A stretch of 64,000 nucleotides of DNA. Source: an uncultured Actinomycetes bacterium (GTDB lineage Bacteria; Actinomycetota; UBA4738; HRBIN12). Position 1 is the first letter of the stretch. Every line of letters begins with the position of its first letter. Shown piece by piece: positions 8,298 through 16,983 of this stretch. The position numbers were made by a program, and so were the translations under genes. The DNA lies in the NCBI GenBank assembly GCA_963704725.1, contig OY969934.1:2464001-2528000 (forward strand). Direction: 5' to 3'. A model generated the notes under the pieces. The model saw only the letters and a list, made by a program, of their open reading frames with translations. It did not search any database and had not been told where the DNA came from.

Positions 8298-9302
8298 ATG
8301 GACCTGCGAGCCGCGCCGAAGGTCGACCTGCATCGGCACCTGGAGGGGGCGATCCGCCTCCAGACCCTCATCGACCTCGCCCGCGAGGCCGGCGAGCCCC
8401 TGCCGGAGACCTCGCCCCAGGAGCTCGCCCCGCGAGCGCAGGTGCTCGGCCCGATGACGAGCCTCGAGGCGGTGCTCGCGTTCTTCGGCATCGCCCAGCA
8501 GGCTTTCCGCGACCCGGAGGCCGCCGAGCGGATCGCCTTCGAGGCGGTCGAGGACCTCGCGATCGACGGGGTTCGCCTGGCGGAGCTGCGGTTCTCGCCC
8601 GACTTCCTGTGCCGGCCGCACGGGCTCGATTGGGACGAGGCGTTCGGGGCGATCGTGCGGGGCGTCGAGCGCGCCTGTAGCCAGCACGACGTGACGATCG
8701 GCCTGATCCCGATCGTCTCCAGGAACTACGGGATGGAAAGCGCCGAGCGGACGGTGGCGTTCGCGCTGCGACACCGGGACCAGCTCGTGGGGTTCGACCT
8801 CGCCGACGAGGAGCGCTCGTTCCCGCCGTCGATGTTCGTCGACGTGCTGGCCCCGTTGGCCGACGCGAACCTTCCGCTCACGGCGCACTACGGGGAGGCC
8901 GGCGGCGCCCAGTACCCGCGCGAGGCGATCGAGGCGCTCGGCGTCCGGCGGCTCGGTCACGGCGTCAGCGTCGCGGAGGACCCGGAGGTCACGGCGCTGG
9001 CCCGAGATCGCGGCGTGACCCTGGAGATGTGTCCGACCTCGAACTATCGAACACACACCGTCGAACGGCTGGCCGACCATCCCGCCCGACGGCTGCTCGA
9101 TCAGGGTGTGCTCGTCACCATCAACACGGACGACCCCGGGTTGTTCGGGATCACGCTGTCGCACGAGCTCGAGGTGTGCCGCAACGACCTCGGCTTCACC
9201 GACGACGAGCTGCGCCGCGTGACCCAGATCGCGATCGACGCGAGCTTCGTCGACGAGGCCACCAAAGCCGTTGTCCGCAGGCGCCATTTCGATCGCGCCT
9301 AG
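8298..9302 (+). CDS. add: Adenosine deaminase
   Basis: PKVDLHRHLEG, HYGE, RRLGHG, CPTSN, NTDDP. Confidence 0.9.
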   Translation: MDLRAAPKVDLHRHLEGAIRLQTLIDLAREAGEPLPETSPQELAPRAQVLGPMTSLEAVLAFFGIAQQAFRDPEAAERIAFEAVEDLAIDGVRLAELRFSPDFLCRPHGLDWDEAFGAIVRGVERACSQHDVTIGLIPIVSRNYGMESAERTVAFALRHRDQLVGFDLADEERSFPPSMFVDVLAPLADANLPLTAHYGEAGGAQYPREAIEALGVRRLGHGVSVAEDPEVTALARDRGVTLEMCPTSNYRTHTVERLADHPARRLLDQGVLVTINTDDPGLFGITLSHELEVCRNDLGFTDDELRRVTQIAIDASFVDEATKAVVRRRHFDRA

Positions 9303-9351
9303 CTGGCCGATTCGTCCATCTACCTGCGGGTTCACCTAGCCCTGCGTCCCT

Positions 9352-9365
9352 GGGGCGTTCGCCCC
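9352..9365. promoter_or_regulatory. Palindrome GGGGCGTTCGCCCC, DosR/DevR-box-like, upstream of hdrC
   Basis: Fits GGGNC-N4-GNCCC in the intergenic region; a similar box lies upstream of pntAA; GC-rich motif, so a chance match is possible. Confidence 0.3.
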
Positions 9366-9439
9366 TGTAGATGACGGGACACTTGGGCGATGGTGCGGGG
9401 GTAGCGCAGTGTTCGTGACGCAGGAGGGCAGCCATCGCT

Positions 9440-10072
9440 ATGCGGACGAACGGAACGCTGACGGAGGCGCCGCGCGAGACCGACGCCCGGAAGAAGTGGC
9501 GACCGGTCAAGGACCAGTCGAAGTTCGAGGCCCAGCTCGACCCGGGGTTCGCCGCGGAGATCGCTCGAGAGGTTCCCGGCGGAGAGCTCTTGCACCAGTG
9601 CATCCAGTGCGGCACCTGCAGCTCGGTGTGCCCGCTGAGCGCGTACATGGACTTCACGCCCCGGCGGCTGATCGCGATGACCAGAGCCGGCGACCGGGCT
9701 GACGTCCTGCACAGCATGACGCCTTGGGTGTGCGCTTCGTGCTACGCGTGCACGGTCGAGTGCCCCAAGCGGATCCCGATCACCGAGATCATGCACGCGT
9801 TGCGGCGGATCTCGTTGCGGGAGAAGACGTACCCGCGACGGTTCACCACACCGGTCATGACCCGGGAGTTCGTCGACATGATCCGTGCTCGCGGACGAAG
9901 CACCGAGGCCTGGATCTCGTTGAAGCTCTACCTGAGGACCAACCCGGCCCTGCTGATCAAGAACGCGAAGCTCGGGGCGCGGCTGTTCCGCCAGGGGCGC
10001 CTGAGCGCGAGGCGTGAATCCATCCGGGCCCGGCGGGATCTGCAGACGCTGCTCAAGGCGGCGGCGTCATGA
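9440..10072 (+). CDS. hdrC: Heterodisulfide reductase subunit C (2x[4Fe-4S])
   Basis: CIQCGTCSSVCP and CASCYACTVECP; AGGAGG RBS; first gene of the hdr operon. Confidence 0.88.
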   Translation: MRTNGTLTEAPRETDARKKWRPVKDQSKFEAQLDPGFAAEIAREVPGGELLHQCIQCGTCSSVCPLSAYMDFTPRRLIAMTRAGDRADVLHSMTPWVCASCYACTVECPKRIPITEIMHALRRISLREKTYPRRFTTPVMTREFVDMIRARGRSTEAWISLKLYLRTNPALLIKNAKLGARLFRQGRLSARRESIRARRDLQTLLKAAAS

Positions 10073-11007
10073 GGTACGCCTACTACCCCGGCTGCTCGGC
10101 GAAGGGTGTCGGCCGCGCATTCAGCGAGTCGCTGGACGCGGTCTTCGAGCACCTCGGCTCGGGCCTGGACGAGCTGGACGACTGGAACTGCTGCGGCGCC
10201 ACGGCATGGCCCTCCGTGGACCAGAACCAGGCGTACGCGCTCTCCGCTCGGAACCTGGCGCTCGCGGAGGACGCCGCCGAGGGCGACCGCCCGGTCGACC
10301 TCCTTGCGTCGTGCACCGGCTGCTACCGCGCGCTGCTCAAGGCGGAGGAGGCGCTCGGCGAGGGAGGCGCCGCCGGCCGCAAGATCGGGGGGGCGCTCGC
10401 CGCCATCGGCCTGGACTTCGAGGGCCGCGCCCGGACGCGTCATCCCGTCGACATCCTTCTGAACGACATCGGTATCGAGGCGATCTCGAAGGCGGTCGTC
10501 CGACCCCTCACGGGCGTGAGGGTGGTGAGCTACTACGGGTGCCAGCTCGTCCGGCCGTTCGCGGCGTTCGACGACCAGTGGAATCCGACGTCGATGGATC
10601 GACTCATCGCGGCCATCGGCGCCGAGCCGGTGGATTGGCCGCTCAAGTCGCGGTGCTGCGGCGGGTCCTGCTACTGCGGCGGGCCCGTCATCGGCACGAT
10701 GCCCGAGGCCACGATGCAGCTCAGCCACGCGCTGCTCCGGGAGGCGACGAAGCGCGGCGCGGACGTCATCGCGACGATCTGCCCGCTCTGCCATTTCAAC
10801 CTGGAGGGCTTCCAGGACCGCATGACGCGTCGATTCGGGCACCCCCACGACATGTCGGTCGCGTTCATCTCGCAGTTGATCGGGATCGCGCTCGGGATCG
10901 ACGAGCGGAGCCTCGGGATCCACCGGCTGTTGCGCTGGCGACTGCCCGAGCACGAGGCGGCCCCCGAGGCCACGTCGACGGAGGGAGGCGTCCATGCTCG
11001 AGCCTGA
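10069..11007 (+). CDS. hdrB: Heterodisulfide reductase subunit B (two CCG domains)
   Basis: YYPGCS..WNCCG..CTGC and YYGC..CCGG..CPLC. Confidence 0.9.
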   Translation: MRYAYYPGCSAKGVGRAFSESLDAVFEHLGSGLDELDDWNCCGATAWPSVDQNQAYALSARNLALAEDAAEGDRPVDLLASCTGCYRALLKAEEALGEGGAAGRKIGGALAAIGLDFEGRARTRHPVDILLNDIGIEAISKAVVRPLTGVRVVSYYGCQLVRPFAAFDDQWNPTSMDRLIAAIGAEPVDWPLKSRCCGGSCYCGGPVIGTMPEATMQLSHALLREATKRGADVIATICPLCHFNLEGFQDRMTRRFGHPHDMSVAFISQLIGIALGIDERSLGIHRLLRWRLPEHEAAPEATSTEGGVHARA

Positions 11008-13018
11008 GGGCGCCCTCGCTTCCGCGCCCGTCTCCGCGAACGGCGGCCCCAAGATCGGCGTCTACGTCTGCCACTGCGGCCTCAACATCGCCGGCAAGGT
11101 CGACGTGCCGGCCGTGGTCGGGTTCGCCTCGGGCCTGCCCGACGTCGCCGTAGCGCGCGAGTACAAGTTCATGTGCTCGGACCCGGGCCAGGAGATGATC
11201 GAGAAGGACCTGCGCGACGGCCTCGTCAACCGCGTCGTCGTCGCGTCGTGCTCTCCGTTGATGCACGAGGCCACGTTCCGCCGCGCCACGGCCAAGGGGG
11301 GGCAGAGCCCCTTCTACTTCCAGATGGCGAGCATCCGGGAGCACGTCTCGTGGGTGACCGCCGACGGGGACCGGGCCACCGAGAAGGCCAAGGCCCTGGT
11401 GGCGGCCGCGGTCCGCCGCGTGGCGCTGCACGAGTACCTCGAACCCCGCAAGGCCGAGGTCCGGCCGGACGTGTTGATCGTCGGCGCCGGCATCGCCGGG
11501 ATCCACGCCGCCCTGACGCTCGCGGAGGCCGGCAAGCACGTCTACCTCGTCGAGCGCGAGACCACGATCGGCGGCCACATGGCCAAGTTCGACAAGACGT
11601 TCCCGACGCTGGACTGCGCGGCCTGCATCCTCACGCCGAAGATGTCCTCGGTGCGCTCGCACCCGAACATCACGCTGTGGACGTACTCGGACGTCGTCGG
11701 CGTCGAGGGCTTCACGGGCGACTTCACCGTCAGGGTCCGCCACCGTCCGCGGTACGTGCGCGAGGACCTCTGCACGGGGTGCCTCGAATGCATCGAGAAG
11801 TGCATCCACAAGCAGGGCAAGTTCGAGGACGAGTGGAACGAGGGACTCTCCAAGCGCAAGCCGATCTACATCCCGTTCCCGCAGGCGACGCCCCCGGTGG
11901 TCGTCGTGGATCCGGACACGTGCATCTGGTTCAAGACCGGCAAGTGCCCCCAGACGTGCATCGAGGCCTGCGAGCGCGACGCGTTCGACTTCGAGCAGAC
12001 CGAGACGTTCGACGAGGTGAAGGTGGGCGCGATCGTCCTCGCGACCGGGTTCAAGACCTTCGACGCCTCGAAGATGCCCGAGTACGGATACGGCCTCTAC
12101 CCGAGGGTCTACACGAGCCTGGAGGTGGAGCGGCTGCTGAACGCGGCCGGGCCGACGAACGGCGAAGTGGTGCTCAGGGACGGCTCGACGCCCAAGGTGG
12201 TCGGGATCATCCACTGCGTGGGCTCTCGGGACGCCAAGCACAACCTGTGGTGCTCGAAGGTGTGCTGCATGTACTCGCTGAAGCTCGCGCACATGGTGAA
12301 GGAGCGCACCGGCGCCGAAGTCTACAACTTCTACATCGACATGCGCACCCCGGGGAAGGGATACGAGGAGTTCTACGACAAGATCCTCAAAGAAGGCGTG
12401 CACATGGTGCGGGGCCGGGTCGCGGGCGTGAGCGACGAGGCCGCGTCACCCGAGGAAGAGGGGCACCTGGTCATCCGGGCCGAGGACACCCTGATCGGAT
12501 CGGTGCGAAGGATCCCGGTCGACATGGTGATCCTCGCGGTCGGCATCGAGCCGCGGCCCGACGCGCAGGACGTGCGACGGCTCTTCAACATCTCCTGCGG
12601 CGGCGAGGGGTTCTTCACGGAGCGCCACCCCAAGCTCGCGCCGGTGTCGACGTTCACCGACGGCGTGTTCCTCGCCGGCGCGTGCCAGGGCCCCAAGGAC
12701 ATCCCCGACACCGTCGCCCAGGCCGGCGCCGCGGCGGCCGAAGCGCTAGCGATGATCGACCGCGGCTTCGTGATGCTCGAGGCGAACACGGCACACATCG
12801 ACGAGGACGCCTGCTCGGGCTGCAAGACGTGCGTCGGCCTGTGTCCCTTCGGCGCGATCTCCTTCGACGAGGAACGCAAGAAGGCGTCCGTGAACGAGGT
12901 GGTGTGCAAGGGCTGCGGCGTGTGCGTCGGGGCCTGCCCGTCGGGCGCCGCGCAGCAACACCTGTTCACCGACGCGGAGATCCTCTCCGAGATCGAGGGG
13001 GTGCTGGCGTATGTCTGA
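10994..13018 (+). CDS. hdrA: Heterodisulfide reductase subunit A (FAD, Fe-S)
   Basis: VYVCHCG, CSDPGQ, GAGIAG, KTFPTLDCAAC, HCVGSRD, CSKVCCMYSLK, CQGPKDIP, C-terminal ferredoxin. Confidence 0.95.
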   Translation: MLEPEGALASAPVSANGGPKIGVYVCHCGLNIAGKVDVPAVVGFASGLPDVAVAREYKFMCSDPGQEMIEKDLRDGLVNRVVVASCSPLMHEATFRRATAKGGQSPFYFQMASIREHVSWVTADGDRATEKAKALVAAAVRRVALHEYLEPRKAEVRPDVLIVGAGIAGIHAALTLAEAGKHVYLVERETTIGGHMAKFDKTFPTLDCAACILTPKMSSVRSHPNITLWTYSDVVGVEGFTGDFTVRVRHRPRYVREDLCTGCLECIEKCIHKQGKFEDEWNEGLSKRKPIYIPFPQATPPVVVVDPDTCIWFKTGKCPQTCIEACERDAFDFEQTETFDEVKVGAIVLATGFKTFDASKMPEYGYGLYPRVYTSLEVERLLNAAGPTNGEVVLRDGSTPKVVGIIHCVGSRDAKHNLWCSKVCCMYSLKLAHMVKERTGAEVYNFYIDMRTPGKGYEEFYDKILKEGVHMVRGRVAGVSDEAASPEEEGHLVIRAEDTLIGSVRRIPVDMVILAVGIEPRPDAQDVRRLFNISCGGEGFFTERHPKLAPVSTFTDGVFLAGACQGPKDIPDTVAQAGAAAAEALAMIDRGFVMLEANTAHIDEDACSGCKTCVGLCPFGAISFDEERKKASVNEVVCKGCGVCVGACPSGAAQQHLFTDAEILSEIEGVLAYV

Positions 13019-13493
13019 GACGATGCCCGAGCCCTTCGAGCCGCGGATCGTGGCGTTCTTCTGCAACTGGTGCACCTACACCGCCGCCGACCTCGCCGGC
13101 ATCTCGAGGATGACGTACGCGCCGAACGTGCGGGCGATCCGGCTGATGTGCTCCGGTCGGGTGGACCCGCAGTTCGTGCTGGCGGCCTTCCGGGGCGGCG
13201 CCGACGGCGTGCTGATCGGCGGATGCCACCCGGGCGACTGCCACTACCAAGAGGGCAACTACAACGCCCTGCGAAGGTTCGAGCTCCTTCGCTCGATGCT
13301 CGAGCAGATGGGCATCGAGCGGGAGCGGATCCGCCTCGAGTGGATCTCGGCGTCAGAGGGCGATCGCGTCCAGCGGGTCTGCAACGAGATGACCGAGCAG
13401 GTCCGGGCCCTCGGCCCCCTGCAGCTCGCGATCCCCCAGCGCGTTGGGGCACCGGCCCCGGCGGTGGAGCTCGTGCTGGAGGCGTCGTCATGA
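13011..13493 (+). CDS. mvhD: MvhD/FlpD [2Fe-2S] hydrogenase subunit delta
   Basis: FCNWCTY, MCSGRVDP, GCHPGDCHY, LEWISASEG. Confidence 0.93.
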   Translation: MSETMPEPFEPRIVAFFCNWCTYTAADLAGISRMTYAPNVRAIRLMCSGRVDPQFVLAAFRGGADGVLIGGCHPGDCHYQEGNYNALRRFELLRSMLEQMGIERERIRLEWISASEGDRVQRVCNEMTEQVRALGPLQLAIPQRVGAPAPAVELVLEASS

Positions 13494-14482
13494 CCAAGCC
13501 GAAGGTCGCCTTCTACTGGTGCGCCTCGTGCGGCGGCTGCGAGGAGGCCGTCGTCGACCTCGCCGAGGTGGTGCTCGACGTGGTCGAGGCGGTCGACATC
13601 GTCTTCTGGCCGGTGGCGCTGGACTTCAAGGTCTCCGATGTCGAGGCCATGGCGGACGGCGAGCTCGCCGCGACGTTCGTCAACGGCGCGATCCGCACCT
13701 CCGAGCAGCGCGAGATGGCCGAGCTGCTGCGGCGCAAGTCCGGCGCCATCGTGGCGTTCGGGGCGTGCGCGTGGCTCGGCGGCATCCCCGGACTGGCGAA
13801 CCTGTCGAGCCGCGAGTCGATCCTCGAGTTCGTCTACCACGCCTCGCCCAGCGTCCAGGACGGAGCCGGCGTGGCGCCGCAGGAGCTCACCGAGGTGCCC
13901 GAGGGCAGCCTCACGCTCCCCCACTTCGAAGAGACCGTTCGCACGCTCGACCAGGTGATCGACGTCGACTACTACCTTCCCGGCTGCCCGCCGCCGTCGA
14001 GTCTCATCGCCCAGGCGGTGATGGCGCTCGTCGAGGGCCGGCTGCCCGAGAAGGGCTCGGTCCTCGCACCCGACGTGGCCCTGTGTGCCGAGTGCCCACG
14101 CGCCGACTCCAAGCCCCAGGATCTGAAGATCGGCGCATTCAAACGGCCGTACGAGATCGTCGCGGATCCCGAGACCTGCCTGCTCGCGCAGGGGCTGGTG
14201 TGCCTGGGACCGGCCACGCGCTCGGGGTGCGGCGCCGTGTGCGTCGGCGCGAACATGCCGTGCACCGGATGCATGGGCCCCACGAGCCGCGTGATCGATC
14301 ACGGCGCCAAGGCTCTGGCAGCCATCGCGTCGCTCATCGACGCGAGCGAGGAGCCCGAGGTCGCCGCCATCGCTGACGGGATCGTCGACCCGGTCGGAAC
14401 GTTCTACCGATACAGCTTGCCGGCCTCCCTCCTGCACCGTCGGGTGGAGAAGGCGTCCGCATCGAGGGGGTCCTCGTCATGA
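13490..14482 (+). CDS. mvhG: F420-non-reducing [NiFe]-hydrogenase small subunit
   Basis: WCASCGGC, GACA, PGCPP, CLLAQG..CLGP..C..C...CTGC; ATG at 13490 overlaps the mvhD stop. Confidence 0.9.
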   Translation: MTKPKVAFYWCASCGGCEEAVVDLAEVVLDVVEAVDIVFWPVALDFKVSDVEAMADGELAATFVNGAIRTSEQREMAELLRRKSGAIVAFGACAWLGGIPGLANLSSRESILEFVYHASPSVQDGAGVAPQELTEVPEGSLTLPHFEETVRTLDQVIDVDYYLPGCPPPSSLIAQAVMALVEGRLPEKGSVLAPDVALCAECPRADSKPQDLKIGAFKRPYEIVADPETCLLAQGLVCLGPATRSGCGAVCVGANMPCTGCMGPTSRVIDHGAKALAAIASLIDASEEPEVAAIADGIVDPVGTFYRYSLPASLLHRRVEKASASRGSSS

Positions 14483-15939
14483 CCGAGATCCTGATCGATC
14501 CCATCACCCGGCTCGAGGGTCACGGGCGGATCCACATCTTCCTCGGCGAGGGCGGCGAGGTGGACCACGCCTACCTGCAGATCCCCGAGCTCCGCGGCTT
14601 CGAGAAGTTCGCACAGGGCCGCCGGGCCGAGGACATGCCCCAGATCACCTCCCGCATCTGCGGCGTCTGCCCGATGGCGCACCACATGGCCGGGACGAAG
14701 ACGCTCGACGACCTCTACCACGTGGACCCGCCGGTCGCCGCGAAGATGGTCCGGGAGCTCGTCTACGACGCGTTCATGGTCGAGGACCACGCCCTGCACT
14801 TCTTCTTCCTCGGCGGGCCCGACTTCGTCGTGGGCCCGACCGCGCCGAAGGCCGAGCGCAACATCCTCGGCGTGATCGGCAAGGTGGGTCTGGAGGTCGG
14901 CAAGGAGGTCATCGGCCTGCGCAAGGAGCTCCGAGACCTCATCAGCGCGGCGTCGGGCAAGGTGATCCACCCCGTCTTCGGGTTGCCGGGCGGCGTCTCC
15001 CAGCCCATCTCCGCCGAGCTGCGTGAGCGGTTCGTGGCCGGTGCCGCGCACGCGGTCGAGTTCGGCAAGTTCTCCCTCCAGGTGTTCCGCGACCTCGTCC
15101 TGTCCAACGCCGAGTACGTGGACATGATCACGTCCGAGGCCTACACGCATCGCACCTACTACATGGGTCTGGTCGACGAGGCCGACCGCGTCAACTTCTA
15201 CGACGGCCGGCTGCGCGTCGTGGACCCCGACGGCAAGGAGTTCCTCACGTTCGGCGCGAGGGAGTACCTGGACCACATCACCGAGCACGTCGAGCCGTGG
15301 AGCTTCATCAAGTTCTCCTACCTGAAGGACGTCGGCTGGAACGGGTTCACGGACGGCGCCGACAGCGGCGTGTTCGCGGTGGCGCCGCTGGCGCGACTGA
15401 ACGCGTCGGAGGCCATGTCGACGCCGGTCGCGCAGGAGGCCCGCGAGGAGCTCTTCTCGACGCTGGGCGGCCGGCCCGTCCACCACACGCTGGCCACCCA
15501 CTGGGCCCGGCTGGTGGAGCTGGTGAACGCGGCCGAGCGGATGGGCGAGCTGGCGGCCGATCCCGAGATCACGAGCCCCGAGGTCCGGACGATTCCGACC
15601 GAGACGCCGACGGAGGGCATAGGCGTCGTCGAGGCGCCGCGCGGAACGCTCCTGCACCACTACCGGACGGACGAGCGGGGGCTCATCACCTCGGCGAACC
15701 TCATCGTGGCGACGCAGAACAACGCGGCCCGGATCGCGCTGTCCGTGGACAAGGCGGCGAAGGCGATGATCCACGGCCCCGAGGTCGACGAGGGTCTGCT
15801 GAACAAGGTCGAGATGGCCTTCCGCGCCTACGACCCGTGCTTCGGCTGCGCCACCCACAGCCTGCCGGGCGAGATGCCGCTCATCGTGCAGATCCGCGAT
15901 CACCAGGGCGACCTCGTCCGGGAGATCCGCCGGGACTAG
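14479..15939 (+). CDS. mvhA: [NiFe]-hydrogenase large subunit, group 3c (MvhA-like)
   Basis: TRLEGHG, L1 RICGVC, L2 AYDPCFGCATH followed by a cleavable C-terminal tail; group inferred from the hdr/mvhD context. Confidence 0.92.
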   Translation: MTEILIDPITRLEGHGRIHIFLGEGGEVDHAYLQIPELRGFEKFAQGRRAEDMPQITSRICGVCPMAHHMAGTKTLDDLYHVDPPVAAKMVRELVYDAFMVEDHALHFFFLGGPDFVVGPTAPKAERNILGVIGKVGLEVGKEVIGLRKELRDLISAASGKVIHPVFGLPGGVSQPISAELRERFVAGAAHAVEFGKFSLQVFRDLVLSNAEYVDMITSEAYTHRTYYMGLVDEADRVNFYDGRLRVVDPDGKEFLTFGAREYLDHITEHVEPWSFIKFSYLKDVGWNGFTDGADSGVFAVAPLARLNASEAMSTPVAQEAREELFSTLGGRPVHHTLATHWARLVELVNAAERMGELAADPEITSPEVRTIPTETPTEGIGVVEAPRGTLLHHYRTDERGLITSANLIVATQNNAARIALSVDKAAKAMIHGPEVDEGLLNKVEMAFRAYDPCFGCATHSLPGEMPLIVQIRDHQGDLVREIRRD

Positions 15940-15944
15940 CGATC

Positions 15945-16469
15945 GTGCGCACGCTGGTCCTCGGGCTGGGCAACGAGCTCGCCGGCGACGACGCGGTCGG
16001 TCTCATGGTCGCGAGGGCCCTGCGGGAGCCGCTCGCCGGGGTGGCCGACGTCGTGGAGAGCTCGTCGTCCGGTCTGGCCCTGATCGAGGTCCTCGCGGGC
16101 TACGACCGCGCCGTGGTCGTCGATGCGATCTGCACGGGACGCACGCCGCCAGGCACCATCACGGAGATGACGCTCGCCCAGGTGGGCCGGGTCGTCGCGC
16201 CGAGCCTTCACCAGGCCGGCCTGCCCGAGCTCGCCGCCGTGGCCGAGCGCCTCGGCCTGCGATTCCCGAGCAGGACCCGCGTGTTCGCGGTGGAGGTGCT
16301 GGATCCGTACACGCTCGGGGCCGACATGAGCCCGCCGGTGGCCGGCGCGGTCCCCGAGCTCGTGCGTCGGGTGCGGGATCGGGTCGAGCGATGGACCAGG
16401 GACCGGGACGACCAGGGAGGCACCGGATGCACGACTACTACGCCGTCGAGACGCTCGTCGAACAGCTGA
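15945..16469 (+). CDS. Hydrogenase maturation protease
   Basis: LGLGNELAGDDAVG, VVDAI, SLH; GTG start at 15945. Confidence 0.88.
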   Translation: MRTLVLGLGNELAGDDAVGLMVARALREPLAGVADVVESSSSGLALIEVLAGYDRAVVVDAICTGRTPPGTITEMTLAQVGRVVAPSLHQAGLPELAAVAERLGLRFPSRTRVFAVEVLDPYTLGADMSPPVAGAVPELVRRVRDRVERWTRDRDDQGGTGCTTTTPSRRSSNS

Positions 16470-16801
16470 CGAAGGAGCTCGGAGGCCTCGGCGATCCCGG
16501 GGCGGAGCGGGTCCAACAGGTTCGGGTGCGAGCGGACGTGACCCTGTCGCCTGAGTCCCTCGAGCAGGCCTACGAGATGCTGACGCAGGACACGCCGCTC
16601 GAGGGATCCCGGCTCGTCTTCGCCGGGCCGCCCGACGAGCGGTGGTGCGAGACGTGCGGACACCGGTGGGCGGCGACCCACGACGACGTCGCCGGGCACC
16701 TCCTGATCTGCCCCTCGTGCGGCACGCTCATCCCGATCGAGTCGAAGGTCACGATCGAGGTGCTCGAGATCACGAGCGCACCCGCCGCCGGCGCTCGCTG
16801 A
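16427..16801 (+). CDS. hypA: Hydrogenase nickel metallochaperone HypA-like
   Basis: MHD N-terminus, CETC and CPSC zinc motifs, GGAGG RBS. Confidence 0.78.
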   Translation: MHDYYAVETLVEQLTKELGGLGDPGAERVQQVRVRADVTLSPESLEQAYEMLTQDTPLEGSRLVFAGPPDERWCETCGHRWAATHDDVAGHLLICPSCGTLIPIESKVTIEVLEITSAPAAGAR

Positions 16802-16945
16802 CCTCCCCTGGGGTCAGCGGACCGCCCCGAGCACGGCTGAGGTTGGAGCTCTGCAGGTAGGCCATGGCCACGCCGTGGGCCCTCATCGCGCGCTCGGGGT
16901 GCTCCCAGACCTTGTCGTCGTAGATGGGCACCTCGTACCGAGGGC
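16802..16945 (-). pseudogene. Possible orphan coding fragment (RYEVPIYDDKVWEHPERAMRAHGVAMAYLQSSNLS)
   Basis: Strong G/C third-position bias over about 33 codons on the minus strand, without a proper start or stop; family not recognised. Confidence 0.3.
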
Positions 16946-16983
16946 CCGCCGATAGGATTTGGCCGCCACGACCTGGAGGGACG

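Noticed and set aside
9440-15939. Selenocysteine in HdrA, MvhD or MvhA given the nearby selD
   Set aside because: All ORFs are uninterrupted, with Cys codons at the usual Sec positions
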